Shown here piece by piece: positions 62,999 through 64,000 of a DNA stretch of 64,000 bases. The position numbers were made by a program, and so were the translations under genes. Location of the stretch: the NCBI RefSeq assembly GCF_052425735.1, contig NC_135769.1:744001-808000 (forward strand), read 5' to 3'. Each line of letters opens with the position of its first letter. Position 1 is the stretch's first letter. The notes beneath the pieces were generated by a model. That model worked only from the letters and a program-made list of their open reading frames with translations. It was not told where the DNA came from and made no database searches. This stretch comes from Oculina patagonica (lineage: Eukaryota).

Positions 62999-64000
62999 TT
63001 ACGAAATTACTATGGAAAACGTTCTTCAAAGAAATAGCAATCTATTTTATATTTCGTGATCAAATGTCTTATTCTCATTAAGTTCATCGGATGACGCGGT
63101 AAACCAATCACAGCGGCTGAAAGAATTACAGGTTCAGCTCCACACACAAAATCTACGAATTACCAGCAGGAGGGCATTTTGCGTGCGCATGCGTCGATAT
63201 GGGCTAGTGCGCACGACAGAGAAGTTCTGCTATCGATTGTTTACATATTTTTCACAATTTATGGCCTAATTTTCAGCTCAAAATAAAAGGTGTTTTAAGT
63301 TTTTTTGCTGTATACGATACTAAGAGTCCTTGCTTTATCTTCTGACAACAACAAGCATACTTTGGTGTCGGCGTGCCGTTTATCTGACCGACTTTGGCTA
63401 TGTGTATTAAACATTGCGCGTGGACAAAATGGCGACCGAATGTCGAGAACCTAAATACCTTGCCAATGTTTTTAATAGCTGGGAGATCTAAACGGACAAA
63501 GCGCTACGACTACTTAGTACTAAAATATAAAACAGCAGTTTTAACTATACGATGTTATAATCAAGTATCCCGGGTTTGAGCGAGTGGTCATGATTTTGTT
63601 CAGATTTTTTATAAAACTGCAATTTCATCGTTCTCATGATGCAAAACTCTCAAAATCTAACCTTGATCTCCAGCGTCTACCGATGATATATGGAGTCTGA
63701 AGTACTTGAACTATCGTCTATCGAAGGTAGCGTTAAAAAATGGTCTATTGTGGTAATTTTTAGCTTTCTTTAACGTACGTTCTCGCTGGTTTATTCTAAC
63801 AGAGAAACTATCGTTTGTGATTATTTCCTTAAACTTAAGCATTGGTCAAAATAACTTCACATTTCGATGTACCACAATTATTCCGTCGGACAAGAAAAGA
63901 AATACTGAGATCGGTCTTAATTTTAAAGTGTTATGGTAATTCTTTGTTGGTAGAAAATTTGTTTACATTTTACTATGTTAATCAGTACATTTTTGGCTCC

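Overview
AT-rich, intron-rich animal genomic DNA. The repeat families suggest a cnidarian, most likely a stony coral (inference). I reconstructed five multi-exon conserved genes by hand: AP2A (+, 5494-21217, including a U12-type AT-AC intron), ATG13 (+, 25105-33046), RPS16 (-, 38283-42598, with a 5'TOP leader), a C6orf89/BRAP-like membrane protein (-, 43567-48187) and API5 (+, 48706-61811, head-to-head with the C6orf89-like gene). There are also two uncharacterised single-coding-exon genes. One is a permuted NlpC/P60 (PPPDE/LRAT-like) His...Cys enzyme (-, 940-1476). The other is an intact 430-aa ORF nested on the same strand inside the last intron of API5, with an N-terminal RHIM-like amyloid-type motif, a basic NLS-like segment and a TPR-like helical body. 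Other highlights: an orphan box C/D RNA candidate in an API5 intron, a displaced copy of the AP2A leader that has captured a MITE (empty and filled site both in the window), and many MITEs/SINEs with readable target-site duplications. All calls come from reading the sequence and recalling protein families; no searches were run.
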